Under the pieces are notes generated by a model that did not search any database, was not told where the DNA came from, and saw only the letters and a list, made by a program, of their open reading frames with translations. The position numbers were made by a program, and so were the translations under genes. From Candidatus Latescibacterota bacterium (lineage in GTDB: Bacteria; Latescibacterota; UBA2968; UBA8231): a stretch of 64,000 nt of DNA. Where the stretch lies: positions 416,001 through 480,000 of the forward strand of contig OZ252098.1 of assembly GCA_965248355.1 (NCBI GenBank). The letters run 5' to 3'. Shown piece by piece: positions 21,367 through 30,546 of the stretch. How positions within the stretch are numbered: the stretch's first letter is position 1; each line of letters opens with the position of its first letter.

Positions 21367-23525
21367 CAGCCCAGCCACACGCCCAGGCGGTAGGTTCCGA
21401 GGGCCCCCACGTAGGCCAGGACGGTCATGTAGACGAAGGCGAAGACCGGCCACCCCCAGCTGGCGGTCTCGCGCTGGATGACGGCGAGGGTGGACATGCA
21501 CTGGGCGCAGAGGGCGAAGAACACCATGACCGACAGGGCCACGGGCACGTCGATGGCGGGGCTGCCGTCGGGCCGCGTGGCGTTGCGCAGACCGCTGCGC
21601 AGGTCGGGGGAGGTCTCGTCCACGTCGGCGCCGAGGCTGTAGATCGTTCCCAGGGCGGAGATGACGACCTCCCGGGCCGGGAAGGAGGCGAGGGCGGCCA
21701 TGCCGATGCGCCAGTCCCAGCCCAGGGGCTCGAAGACGGGCTCGATGGTCTGGCCGGCGCGGCCGAGATAGCTGGACCGCAGGTAGTCGGAGGCTTCGGC
21801 CCGGTCGATACCGTCGAGCCGCGCCTCCCGGTTCTCTCCCTGGAGCGCGGCGGCGGCCGTCCGCTCGACCTCGTAGCGGGCGGCGACCTCCGAGGACCGC
21901 GGATAGTAGGCCAGGGCCCACATGACGATGGTGGCGGCGAGGATGACGCTGCCGGCGCGCACGACGAAGGCGCGGCTGGCCTGGTAGACGCGCAGCAGCA
22001 CGGTGCGCGGCGTGGGCCAGTTGTAGGCCGGCAGCTCCAGCAGAAAGGGACTCGACTCGCCGCGCAGGAGGGTTCTTCGCAGGGTCCAGGCGACGGGCAC
22101 GGCCACGACGGCGCCGAGGCAGTACATGGCCAGCAGGGTCAGCCCCTGAAGCCCGAGCCAGCCGCCGAGGAGGGCGCGCTCCGGGATGAAGGCGGCGATG
22201 AACAGGGCGTACACCGGCAGGCGGGCCGAGCAGCTCATGAGCGGCGCCACGAGGACGGTGACGAAGCGGTCGCGCCGGTCGGCGATGGTGCGGGCCGCCA
22301 TCACCCCCGGCACGGCGCAGGCGAAGCTGGAGAGCAGGGGGATGAAAGAGCGGCCGGACAGGCCGAGCCTGCCGAGGAGGCGGTCCATGAGCAGGGCGGC
22401 GCGGGCCATGTAGCCGCAGTCCTCCAGGATCCCGATCAGCAGGAAGAGCAGGGCGATCTGGGGCAGGAAGACCAGCACGCCGCCGACGCCGGCCACGACC
22501 CCGTCGACGAGCAGGCTCCGCAGCGGTCCCCCGGGCAGGGCGGAGGCGAGGGCGGCGCCCAGGGCCGCGATGCCGCTCTCGACGACCTCCATGACCGGCG
22601 CCGACCAGGCGTAGATGCCCTGGAACAGGACCGCGCTGACCCCGAGGAAGAAGGCCAGTCCGAAGGCGCGGTGGGTGAGGACGCGGTCGATGCGGTCGGA
22701 GTGGCTCCGGCCCAGGGGGTCCGCCTCCTGGACGCAGCCGTCGAGGACCCGCCCGATCCAGGCGTAACGGGCCTCGGACTCGATGGCGGACAGAGGCGCG
22801 GAGACGCCGGCGCCGTTGCGCAGGTCGAAGAGCAGGCGCCGGAACCCGTCGCTCCGGGCCTCGATCAGCCGCTGCTCGGAGGGGCCGCCCTCGTCGACGA
22901 GGGCGCGCAGCGCCTGCTGCCGCGTCGAGGCCCCGCCGCCTTCCCCGGAGGCGGCCAGCAGGCGCTCCACGGGGCCGGCGAGCTCCGGGGGCAGGGGCGG
23001 CGGCCTCCGCGGCGGCCGGTCTTCTCTCAGGGTCTCGGCCAGCCGGCGGAGCAGCTCATCGATGCCCCGCCCCCGTTGGGCGACCATGGGCACCACCGGC
23101 GTCTCCAGGATTCTCTCGAGGCCGGCGGCGTCGATCCGCACCCCCCGGGCCTCGGCGATGTCGCACATGTTCAGAGCGACGACGACGGGGACCTCCCCCT
23201 CAAGGAGCTGGGAGACCAGGTAGAGGTTGCGCCGCAGGTTGCCGGCGTCGACGATGGCGATCACGGCGTCGACCTCGTCGCGGCGTCCTTCGAGGAGGAC
23301 CTCGGCGGCGATCCTCTCGTCGGGAGCGTCGGCGGACAGGCTGTAGACGCCGGGAAGGTCGATCAACTCCGCCTCGGAGCCGTCGGGCAGGCGCAGGGAG
23401 CCGCTCTTGCGCTCGACGGTCACCCCCGGGTAGTTGCCCACCCGCTGGGAGAGGCCGGTGAGGGAGTTGAAGAGGGTGGACTTGCCCGTGTTCGGGTTGC
23501 CGACCAGGCCGATCGAAGCCGTCAC
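21363..23525 (-). CDS. feoB: Ferrous iron transporter FeoB
   Basis: GNPNTGKSTLFN, GNYPGVTVE, DLPGVYSL, LNMCD, EDCGYMARAA, MSCSARLP, FPAREV. Confidence 0.96.
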   Translation of the reverse strand: MTASIGLVGNPNTGKSTLFNSLTGLSQRVGNYPGVTVERKSGSLRLPDGSEAELIDLPGVYSLSADAPDERIAAEVLLEGRRDEVDAVIAIVDAGNLRRNLYLVSQLLEGEVPVVVALNMCDIAEARGVRIDAAGLERILETPVVPMVAQRGRGIDELLRRLAETLREDRPPRRPPPLPPELAGPVERLLAASGEGGGASTRQQALRALVDEGGPSEQRLIEARSDGFRRLLFDLRNGAGVSAPLSAIESEARYAWIGRVLDGCVQEADPLGRSHSDRIDRVLTHRAFGLAFFLGVSAVLFQGIYAWSAPVMEVVESGIAALGAALASALPGGPLRSLLVDGVVAGVGGVLVFLPQIALLFLLIGILEDCGYMARAALLMDRLLGRLGLSGRSFIPLLSSFACAVPGVMAARTIADRRDRFVTVLVAPLMSCSARLPVYALFIAAFIPERALLGGWLGLQGLTLLAMYCLGAVVAVPVAWTLRRTLLRGESSPFLLELPAYNWPTPRTVLLRVYQASRAFVVRAGSVILAATIVMWALAYYPRSSEVAARYEVERTAAAALQGENREARLDGIDRAEASDYLRSSYLGRAGQTIEPVFEPLGWDWRIGMAALASFPAREVVISALGTIYSLGADVDETSPDLRSGLRNATRPDGSPAIDVPVALSVMVFFALCAQCMSTLAVIQRETASWGWPVFAFVYMTVLAYVGALGTYRLGVWLGW

Positions 23526-23809
23526 GCCGTCGCGGATCCGGCGGCGCACACGAGGATGGCCGCGGCGTCGGCGCGTCTCAGGGCGAGACGGTCTTCGCCG
23601 ATCTGGACCACCAGGCGGCTGCCGGTGCGCAGGACCCGGAGCCGGACGCCCGGAAGGATCCCCAGCTCGCGCAGGCGGACGGAAAGGCGGTCTGTCCCGG
23701 GCAGGTCGACGACGACGGCTTCGGCGTCGCGCCGCCACTCGGAGAGCCGGCCTTTGTCGGGGAGGGCTTCCTCCGCGCTGGTCTGGAACCACCCGAGAAA
23801 GGCTTTCAT
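23522..23809 (-). CDS. feoA: FeoA family protein
   Basis: RLRELGILPG...RLALRR; GGAGG RBS; GTGA overlap with feoB. Confidence 0.85.
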   Translation of the reverse strand: MKAFLGWFQTSAEEALPDKGRLSEWRRDAEAVVVDLPGTDRLSVRLRELGILPGVRLRVLRTGSRLVVQIGEDRLALRRADAAAILVCAAGSATA

Positions 23810-23843
23810 GACGCCTCCTGCCGTTTGGACTGCCGAAGCAGTG

Positions 23844-23857
23844 TATGGCATGCCTAA
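23844..23857 (-). promoter_or_regulatory. Candidate DtxR/IdeR/MntR-type operator upstream of feoA
   Basis: TTAGGCATGCCATA on minus strand (cf. TTAGG-N4-CCTAA), between promoter and start codon. Confidence 0.45.
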
Positions 23858-23876
23858 CAGATGATCGGTTCGCCCA

Positions 23877-23904
23877 AATATAGCCAGGTCAGGCCACAAT
23901 GCAA
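23877..23904 (-). promoter_or_regulatory. Sigma70-like promoter for feoAB
   Basis: TTGCAT-N16-TATATT on minus strand in an AT-rich intergenic region. Confidence 0.5.
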
Positions 23905-24245
23905 CCGTCAAATTCTCACGTAACTGACAGAAATATCCTGCGCTTATTGAATCTCAGACCCGGGCCCTCCCCGAACGAGGTTCAGGTTGGGCACCGTTTG
24001 TTGGTCATGTAAAACAGATGATTGCCGCACAGATCAACGCGGGTGCGAGGGGCCGGAGAATCACCACCCCCCGGCGCGGGCCCTGTCCGGGGGGCCTTTG
24101 CCCCGTTGCGGGCGGCACCTACATTGCGCCAACTCTCCGGGCGACGCGGCCTCGATGGCGCCCGGCCCGGTGTCACCTGGCCGTGCACCCGCCCGGGGGC
24201 CGCGACGGGCGGCGGGGGCCACGGCCCGCTCCACGGAGGCCTTTC

Positions 24246-25136
24246 TTGAGACGAACCATCCTGCTTCTTGGCCTGCTGGCGGCGGTGGCGCCGGCCCGGG
24301 CCCAGGACTTCTACGGGCACTGGGCCGATGGCCGCGCCGAGCTGTCCGGGTACCGCGTCGTGCAGCCGCGCTACGGCGAGCCCCGCGAGGGCCACGCCGT
24401 CCTCATCTTCGTCACCGAGGACGTGCACGCGAAAACCCTCATCAAGGTGGAGAGTCCGGACACCCCGAAGGCGGACCGCATCTACGTTCTCAAGCTCAAC
24501 CAGATGCTGAGATTCACCACCGGCATCTACGACTACTCGGTGATGACCTCCGTCTTCAGCGCCGTGGAGCCGCGGGCGGGAAGCCAGCCCTTCGCGCCCC
24601 TGCGCATCACCCTCACCGCCCAGGAGTGGTGCGGCCACGTCTTCGAGGAGGTGCAGGTGCGGGACGGCGCCGTCCTTGGGGAGCTGTTCAGCTACTTCGA
24701 GCGCGTGGGGCGCCAGTCCTGGCGCCTCGACAATCCGACGGGATTCGTCAGCGAGGACAACCTGCTGATCCGGATCCGAGAACTGCGGGGACCGCTGATG
24801 GAGGAGGGGGAGAGCCGCAGCGTGATGCTGCTGCCGGGCCTGTGGGAGCTGCGCCTCCGTCACCGGCCCCGGGAGCTGGTCGAGGCGGTGCTGAGCAAGG
24901 GACGGCCCGAGCAGGTGGACGTGCAGGGCCGGATCTTCGAGGCCGTGCCCTGGACCTGGAGCTACGGCCCACGGGAGCGGACGGTGTGGGTCGACACGGA
25001 GTACCCCCACCGGATCCTGCGGTGGAGGGACGCCTCCGGCGCCAGCGGCGAGCTGCTGGCCTCGGTGCGGCGGCCCTACTGGAGTCTGCAGTCCCTGGAG
25101 GACGAGGGCTTCCGCGCCGAGCTGGGGATCCCCTAG
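24246..25136 (+). CDS. Secreted conserved hypothetical protein (family often mis-annotated 'Maf' in Bacteroidota)
   Basis: GGAGG RBS + TTG; signal peptide; W.DGRAELSGY...RYGE.REG.AVLIFVTE...VLKLN...TGIYDYS...QEWCGH. Confidence 0.7.
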   Translation: MRRTILLLGLLAAVAPARAQDFYGHWADGRAELSGYRVVQPRYGEPREGHAVLIFVTEDVHAKTLIKVESPDTPKADRIYVLKLNQMLRFTTGIYDYSVMTSVFSAVEPRAGSQPFAPLRITLTAQEWCGHVFEEVQVRDGAVLGELFSYFERVGRQSWRLDNPTGFVSEDNLLIRIRELRGPLMEEGESRSVMLLPGLWELRLRHRPRELVEAVLSKGRPEQVDVQGRIFEAVPWTWSYGPRERTVWVDTEYPHRILRWRDASGASGELLASVRRPYWSLQSLEDEGFRAELGIP

Positions 25137-25349
25137 GGCCCGAAATCCTGAGGCCCTGGGCGTGGCGGCCAGGCTGCCGCGGCTGAGCGCCCGTGGAGGG
25201 GTTCTACTCGACGGGCCTGCGGAGCCGGCCCGCGAGCCTTCCGACCCTGTCGCTGCCGCGGTTGTGCGCCACTGGCAGAGGAGCTTTACTCGGCGGCCCC
25301 TGCGGGGCTCCCCCGCGAGCCAATCACCCTGTCACAGGACCGGCCGGCC

Positions 25350-26546
25350 ATGAGCGATCTCCGGGCCCAGTTGCTGGACACCGGCTTCTGCATCATCCGC
25401 AACGCCGTCCCGCCGACGGAGCTGGAGCGCCAGCGCGGCGTCTTCGAGGGCCTCCTCGACCGCCAGCGGGAGATCTGGCGCCGCGAGCGGGGCCCGGAGG
25501 ATCCGCCGGGCGGCGTCTGGGAGACGGCGGCCCAGCCGCGGCTGAGCGGCTACGACGGTCTCGTGGAAGACTTCGAGTCGGCGGCGGCGGTGGAGCTGCT
25601 CCTCGGCCGTCCCCTGGAGGCGAGCCGCGAGATCATGGGCGCCGAGGCGGCGCCGACCCAGTTCATGCTGATGTGCAACCCGGTGCGGGACCACGGGCCG
25701 GCGGCCTGGCACCGGGACATCCACCCCATCGATCAGGCGCCGGTCACGGGCCTGCAGCGGGACCTGCTGGCCAACGGACCCGGCTACCTGCAGTGGAACC
25801 TGCCCCTCTACGACGACGGGGTCCTGTGGGTCGTGCCCGGCAGCCACCGGCGGCCGAACACCGGGGCCGAGAACGAGGCTCTCGCCGAGGATCCGCGGCG
25901 GCCGCTGCCGGGCGGCCTCCGGGTGGAGCTGGCCGCCGGCGACGGGGTCGTCTACACGAACCTGATCCTGCACTGGGGCAGCGACTACAGCGCCCGGCTG
26001 CGGCGCACCGTCCACTTCGGGCACCGCAGCCTCGGGGGGGACCTGCTGCCCTACGTGGCCGGCCTGCACCGCCGCGGCGACCCTTCCCCCTACCTCGGGC
26101 CCACCGCCCGCGAGGCCTGGCGCCGCCACCGCGAGCTCTACGAGGCCGAGTGCGATCTCATGGAGGCCGCCTTCCGGGCCGCCATCGCCGCCGATGGACC
26201 GGCCTTTCTCGGGGCCGTGGCGCGGCTGCACCCCGGGGAGTCGATGCGCGAGGTCTGCGTGATCCTGCTCTCGAAGGTGGCCCGCAAGCTGGCCCGCGGC
26301 AGCCACCCTGAGCGCCCGGGCTACGGCGGCGACTTCACCCAGGAGCGGGAGCTGGGCCCGCGCTTCACGGACGAGGACCTTGAAACCCTGTGGCGGCGGT
26401 TCGAGCCCCTCGACGCCATGCTCAAGGCGCCGGGAGGCCAGGAGTACGTGCCCGGGTACCAGTCCGGCCCCATGAGCTACCGCTTCGAGAGCTTGCCCGG
26501 GGAACTGACCCTGGAGGGCTTCGTCGAGGGCTGGGAGAGCGCCTGA
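25350..26546 (+). CDS. Phytanoyl-CoA dioxygenase (PhyH) family Fe(II)/2OG enzyme
   Basis: WHRD (HxD), LWVVPGSH, AGDGVVY...LHWG...RRTVH. Confidence 0.85.
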   Translation: MSDLRAQLLDTGFCIIRNAVPPTELERQRGVFEGLLDRQREIWRRERGPEDPPGGVWETAAQPRLSGYDGLVEDFESAAAVELLLGRPLEASREIMGAEAAPTQFMLMCNPVRDHGPAAWHRDIHPIDQAPVTGLQRDLLANGPGYLQWNLPLYDDGVLWVVPGSHRRPNTGAENEALAEDPRRPLPGGLRVELAAGDGVVYTNLILHWGSDYSARLRRTVHFGHRSLGGDLLPYVAGLHRRGDPSPYLGPTAREAWRRHRELYEAECDLMEAAFRAAIAADGPAFLGAVARLHPGESMREVCVILLSKVARKLARGSHPERPGYGGDFTQERELGPRFTDEDLETLWRRFEPLDAMLKAPGGQEYVPGYQSGPMSYRFESLPGELTLEGFVEGWESA

Positions 26547-26549
26547 GCC

Positions 26550-27380
26550 TCAGGCGCTCATCACGCCGCGCAGATAGGCGACGGCCTTGGGCACCGCCGT
26601 GGCCTCCGCCTCCACGTCCTGGCCCTCGTAGACGATGGAGCACCAGCCGTTGAAGTCGACGCCGCGCAGGATCTCGAAGATGCGGGGATAGTTGAGCCAC
26701 TCTTCGGTCCCCGACTGGATCCGGTAGATCTTGCAGCGCACGTGCACGGCCAGGGGCGCCGTCTCGGCGATGGAGCCGTAGAAGTCGAGGGACGGATCCT
26801 CCTTGCCCCGCTGGCCGGAGGCGCCCGGCGAGCCCACGTACTGCCCCGTGTCGAGGATGTGCGAGAAGTACGGGTCGTCGACCTCCTCGATGATGCGGCG
26901 CACGTCCCGGCCGGTGCGGGTGACGCACCCGTGGTTGTGGTTGTGCAGGCCCACGACGACGCCCTTCTCCCGGCCGTGGGCGGCCACCTCCTTCAGGCAC
27001 GGGATCATGCGCGCCCACACGGCCTCCTCGGTCTCGCCCTCGGGGATCCAGGCGGCGAAGACGCGCACCAGGGGGATGCCCATGAAGGCGGCCACGTCGA
27101 TCCAGTGTTTGGCGCCGCTCACCTGCCCATCGAGCTGCTCCCCGGCGGGCACGCCGAAGTTGGAGCTGACGCCGATGTAGGAGAGGGCGAGGCCCCGCTT
27201 GAGGGCCTGCATGCGGATATCGCGGAGGTACTCGGAGCTCTCGGAGGCGAAGGCGCGGGTGTGGAGGTCGACGCCATCGAGGCGCAACTCGTGGGCGCGG
27301 TCGATGAATCCCTCCAGGTCGAGGCGTCCGGCGGTGAACTCGTCCTTGTAGCTCAGGGACATGCAGCCAAGCTTCATCAT
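26550..27380 (-). CDS. Sugar phosphate isomerase/epimerase (AP endonuclease 2 TIM barrel)
   Basis: LDGVDL, PLVRVF, GLHNH, ILDTG, HVRCK, FNGWCSIVYEG. Confidence 0.82.
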   Translation of the reverse strand: MMKLGCMSLSYKDEFTAGRLDLEGFIDRAHELRLDGVDLHTRAFASESSEYLRDIRMQALKRGLALSYIGVSSNFGVPAGEQLDGQVSGAKHWIDVAAFMGIPLVRVFAAWIPEGETEEAVWARMIPCLKEVAAHGREKGVVVGLHNHNHGCVTRTGRDVRRIIEEVDDPYFSHILDTGQYVGSPGASGQRGKEDPSLDFYGSIAETAPLAVHVRCKIYRIQSGTEEWLNYPRIFEILRGVDFNGWCSIVYEGQDVEAEATAVPKAVAYLRGVMSA

Positions 27381-27514
27381 TCCGGTGAGGTCTCCTGTCT
27401 GGGGTACGGGAGCCGCGCAATGTAGTCACGGCGTCCGGCTCCGGCGAGGCGGGAGCGCCTTGCGTACCTTCGACCGCCGTGGCCCATCCGACACCGACGA
27501 GACGAGGGGAGAGC

Positions 27515-27934
27515 ATGGCGAAGATCAACGAGTTCAAGGGATACGACGGCCCGCAGACGGGACCGCCGCGGCCGGAGCGGTCGCCGGACCCGATGATCGT
27601 GAACGTCGCCGACGGCGTGCCCGTGGTCTACCCCGGGTGCCACGGCGTGGGCGTGCGCGTCGTCCACCCGGCCAACGACAAGGCCCCGGCCCGCAACCTG
27701 GGGCTCGTCCTGTTCTACGTGCCGCCCCACGTCGTGCTCGAGCCGGGATCGCACCCGACGGAGGAGACCTACGTGGTCCTCGAGGGCGAGGGGCTGATGA
27801 CCTTTGCCGGCTCGCAGCGGCCGGTGAGCAAGGGCGACTTCATCTACCTGCCTCCCTGGTGCGAGCACGGGGTCGAGAACACGGGGCGCGAGACTCTGGT
27901 GATCCTCATCTGCACCTCGCCGCCCAATCCCTGA
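27515..27934 (+). CDS. Cupin domain protein
   Basis: H.TEETYVVLEGEG...GDFIYLPPWCEHGVEN. Confidence 0.85.
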   Translation: MAKINEFKGYDGPQTGPPRPERSPDPMIVNVADGVPVVYPGCHGVGVRVVHPANDKAPARNLGLVLFYVPPHVVLEPGSHPTEETYVVLEGEGLMTFAGSQRPVSKGDFIYLPPWCEHGVENTGRETLVILICTSPPNP

Positions 27935-28174
27935 GAGATCGGCTTCGCCATGGAGGAGCGGGCCATCGGGGTCCTGGCCGGCTTCGTCGGCATGGGCTAC
28001 TGGTTCGGCCGGCGCCCCTGGGGCCGGGGCTACGCCACCGAGGCGGGGCTCGCCGTCGTCGCCTTCGGCTTCGAGGAGCTGGGCCTGGAGAGCATCGAGG
28101 CCTCCCACCTGAGCCACAACCCGCGCTGCGCAAGCGTGCTGCGCAAGCCGGGCATGCGCCACCAGGCCCGGTGA
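27935..28174 (+). pseudogene. RimJ/RimL-type GNAT acetyltransferase remnant (C-terminal part only)
   Basis: GYWFGRRPWGRGYATEA...N..CASVLRKPGM; N-terminal half absent. Confidence 0.65.
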
Positions 28175-28199
28175 CGGGCCTTCACTTCCGGCCGCGGAC

Positions 28200-29576
28200 G
28201 TGACCCGCCCGGGGGCTGGACCCGACCGGGTCGCCGAGGTCCTGGCCGACCCGCGCCGGGCGGTTTGGCGGCTGGCCCTGCCGATCCTGGCCGGGATCGG
28301 CGTGCAGACCCTGTACAACCTCACGGACATGGCCTTCGTCGGCCGCCTCGGAGGCGCCTCGGTGACGGCCCTCACCTTCAGCATGCCCCTGATCTTCCTC
28401 GCCACCGGCGTCGCCTTCGGCCTCGGCGCGGGGGCGACCAGCGCCGTGGCGCGGCACCTCGGGGCCGCCGACCGGGCGGGGGCCGGCCACGCCGCCGAGC
28501 ACGCCATCCTCCTGGCCCTGGCCGTCGGCCTCGGCACGGCGGCGGCGGCCATCGCCTTCCAGGTCGACCTGTTCCGCGCTCTCGGCGCCCGGGACGAGCC
28601 CCTGCACCTGGCCACCCGCTATTTCGGGATTCTGGCCCCCGGCTTCGTCATCGTCCTGCTCAACGGGACCTTCCACGCCATCCTCGCCGGAGAGGGAGAC
28701 ACGCGCACGCCCGTGGCCCTGCAGGGGAGCGGCACGTTGCTCAACGTCGGCCTCGACCCCGTCTTCATCTTCGCCGCCGGCATGGGGATCCGGGGCGCCG
28801 CCGTGGCCACCGTGGTCAGCCAGGCCCTGGTCTGCTGCGCCTTCCTCATCCACCTCTTCGTGCGCCGCGGCAGCTACGTGGAGTTCCGCTTCCGGCAGTT
28901 CCGGCCCTCGGCCGCCACCGCCGCCGGCCTGCTGCGCGTCGGCCTGCCGTCGTCGGCGTCGATGGTGCTCATGGCGGCGGGCGGCATGTTCTACAACCGC
29001 ATCGTCTCCGCCTTCGGCCCCGACGCCGTGGCCGGTCTCGGCGTCGGGGGCCGCCTCGACGCCGTGTTCTTCCTCCCCGTCATCGCCCTGGCCACGAGCA
29101 TGGTCACGGTGGTGGGCATGTTCCTCGGCGCCGGCCGCGTCGACCTGATCCGCTCCACCGTCCGCTACGCCCTCACCCGCAGCGTCGCCTTCGCCGTGGT
29201 CATCGGCGTCCTGTTCTGGATCTTCGCGCCGCGGCTGGCCGGCCTCTTCACCACGGAGCCCGTCATCGTCGATGTCGCCGTCGGCTACATCCGCGTCCTC
29301 ACCTGGGCCTTCCCCTTCATCGCCGTGGGCATCGTCTCGGGCAGCGTCTTCCGGGGGCTGGGCAGCGGCCTGCCCGGCCTGGTGCTGACCTCGCTCCGCG
29401 TGCTGCTGATCTCGGTGCCCCTGGCCTGGACCCTGACGCGGGTCTTCCACCTCGGACTGGAGACGGTGTGGCTCTCCTTCGCCGCCTCGGGGCTGCTCAC
29501 CTCCTTCGTCGCCCTGGCGTGGATGCATCGGCGACTGCGGGCGGAGGAGAGGAGGGAGAGGAGGCGACATGGGTAG
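28200..29576 (+). CDS. MATE family efflux transporter
   Basis: LALP...QTLYNLTDMAFVGRLG, GEGDTRTP, LNVGLDPVFIF...MGIRGAAVAT; about 12 TMs. Confidence 0.93.
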   Translation: MTRPGAGPDRVAEVLADPRRAVWRLALPILAGIGVQTLYNLTDMAFVGRLGGASVTALTFSMPLIFLATGVAFGLGAGATSAVARHLGAADRAGAGHAAEHAILLALAVGLGTAAAAIAFQVDLFRALGARDEPLHLATRYFGILAPGFVIVLLNGTFHAILAGEGDTRTPVALQGSGTLLNVGLDPVFIFAAGMGIRGAAVATVVSQALVCCAFLIHLFVRRGSYVEFRFRQFRPSAATAAGLLRVGLPSSASMVLMAAGGMFYNRIVSAFGPDAVAGLGVGGRLDAVFFLPVIALATSMVTVVGMFLGAGRVDLIRSTVRYALTRSVAFAVVIGVLFWIFAPRLAGLFTTEPVIVDVAVGYIRVLTWAFPFIAVGIVSGSVFRGLGSGLPGLVLTSLRVLLISVPLAWTLTRVFHLGLETVWLSFAASGLLTSFVALAWMHRRLRAEERRERRRHG

Positions 29577-30500
29577 GACCCGGATCGGTCGCGGGCTGCT
29601 TCCCGTGCTTTGGGTGGTGAGCCCTGTGTGTGCGGAGTTGGCGTCCGCCGAGGCCGAAACGCCAGAAGCGGAGGTGGTCTGGAAGCGGGTGAGATCAGCA
29701 GCCGCACGGTGGCGGCGGGCGCCCGGGTGATGGTGGTCCATGGCCGGGGAGAGCGGCATCCGGCCTCGGGGGAGTGGGCCCGGCTGGACACGTCGGCGGG
29801 TTACGTGCAGGCGGTCGATGCCGGGACGCTTGTTCTGGCGCGGGAAGGGGATCTGCGGCAGCAGCGGATCTCGCTGGACCGCATTCAGAGGCTGGTCATG
29901 GGAGGGACAATTTTGCCTGAAGCGGCGTTCGACCGTGTGAGACCGCAGCTGTGGAGACCGCCGGGGTCGGGGAGGGCGGGCGGTGGCCAGGGAGTCGTTG
30001 GTCAATCGGAGAGTAGGGAGGGAGAGAGGAGCCATCGGATTGCCCGCAAGCTGGGGGCAGGTGCGTTGGGAGGCTGCCTCGTGGGCTCCCTTGTGGGCGT
30101 CGTGGCAGGCTCCGTTGCCGCTGATGAAGGTGAAGGTGACGACGGGATTCTTGAGATGGATGCCCTAACGACTCTGTTCTTTGGGACGATGGGCTATACG
30201 GTTGGAGCCGCGGTTGGGGTGAGTTGGCGGGATCCACAAGATGGGTTCGTTCCTACCATGGCTGGGAGTGGTGCGGGATTGGTAGCGGGTGCCGTGATGA
30301 TCGGCCGTATCAACCTGAACGCGTATGCCTCGTTGAACGAGAGTCTTCGGGAGTTGTGGACTCTCTATGCGCTTCCGGTCGTATTCGCCACGTTTGCCTC
30401 CGAGTGGTCCCGTGACCTTCCCGAGGATCGGCGCCTCTCCTTAGGTCTTTCGCCAACTCCCGGAAGGGGATGGTCAGCCGCCGCCGCGCTGCGGTTCTGA
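29569..30500 (+). CDS. Secreted glycine-zipper protein, paralog A (1-nt frameshift near 29679 relative to paralog B)
   Basis: ATG 29569 gives signal peptide MGRTRIGRGLLPVLWVV...AEAETPEAEVV; one base missing versus the 37450 paralog; GxxxG TM core; ends SPTPGRGWSAAAALRF. Confidence 0.65.
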
Positions 30501-30546
30501 AACCGCCGGGGTAGGCCGGATCAGCACCCAGAGAGGTGGGCAGCGC

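Noticed and set aside
23910-23957. Fur-box-like half sites (ATTCTCA, ATTGAATCTCA) upstream of feoA
   Set aside because: Only partial matches, with no full 19-bp inverted repeat.
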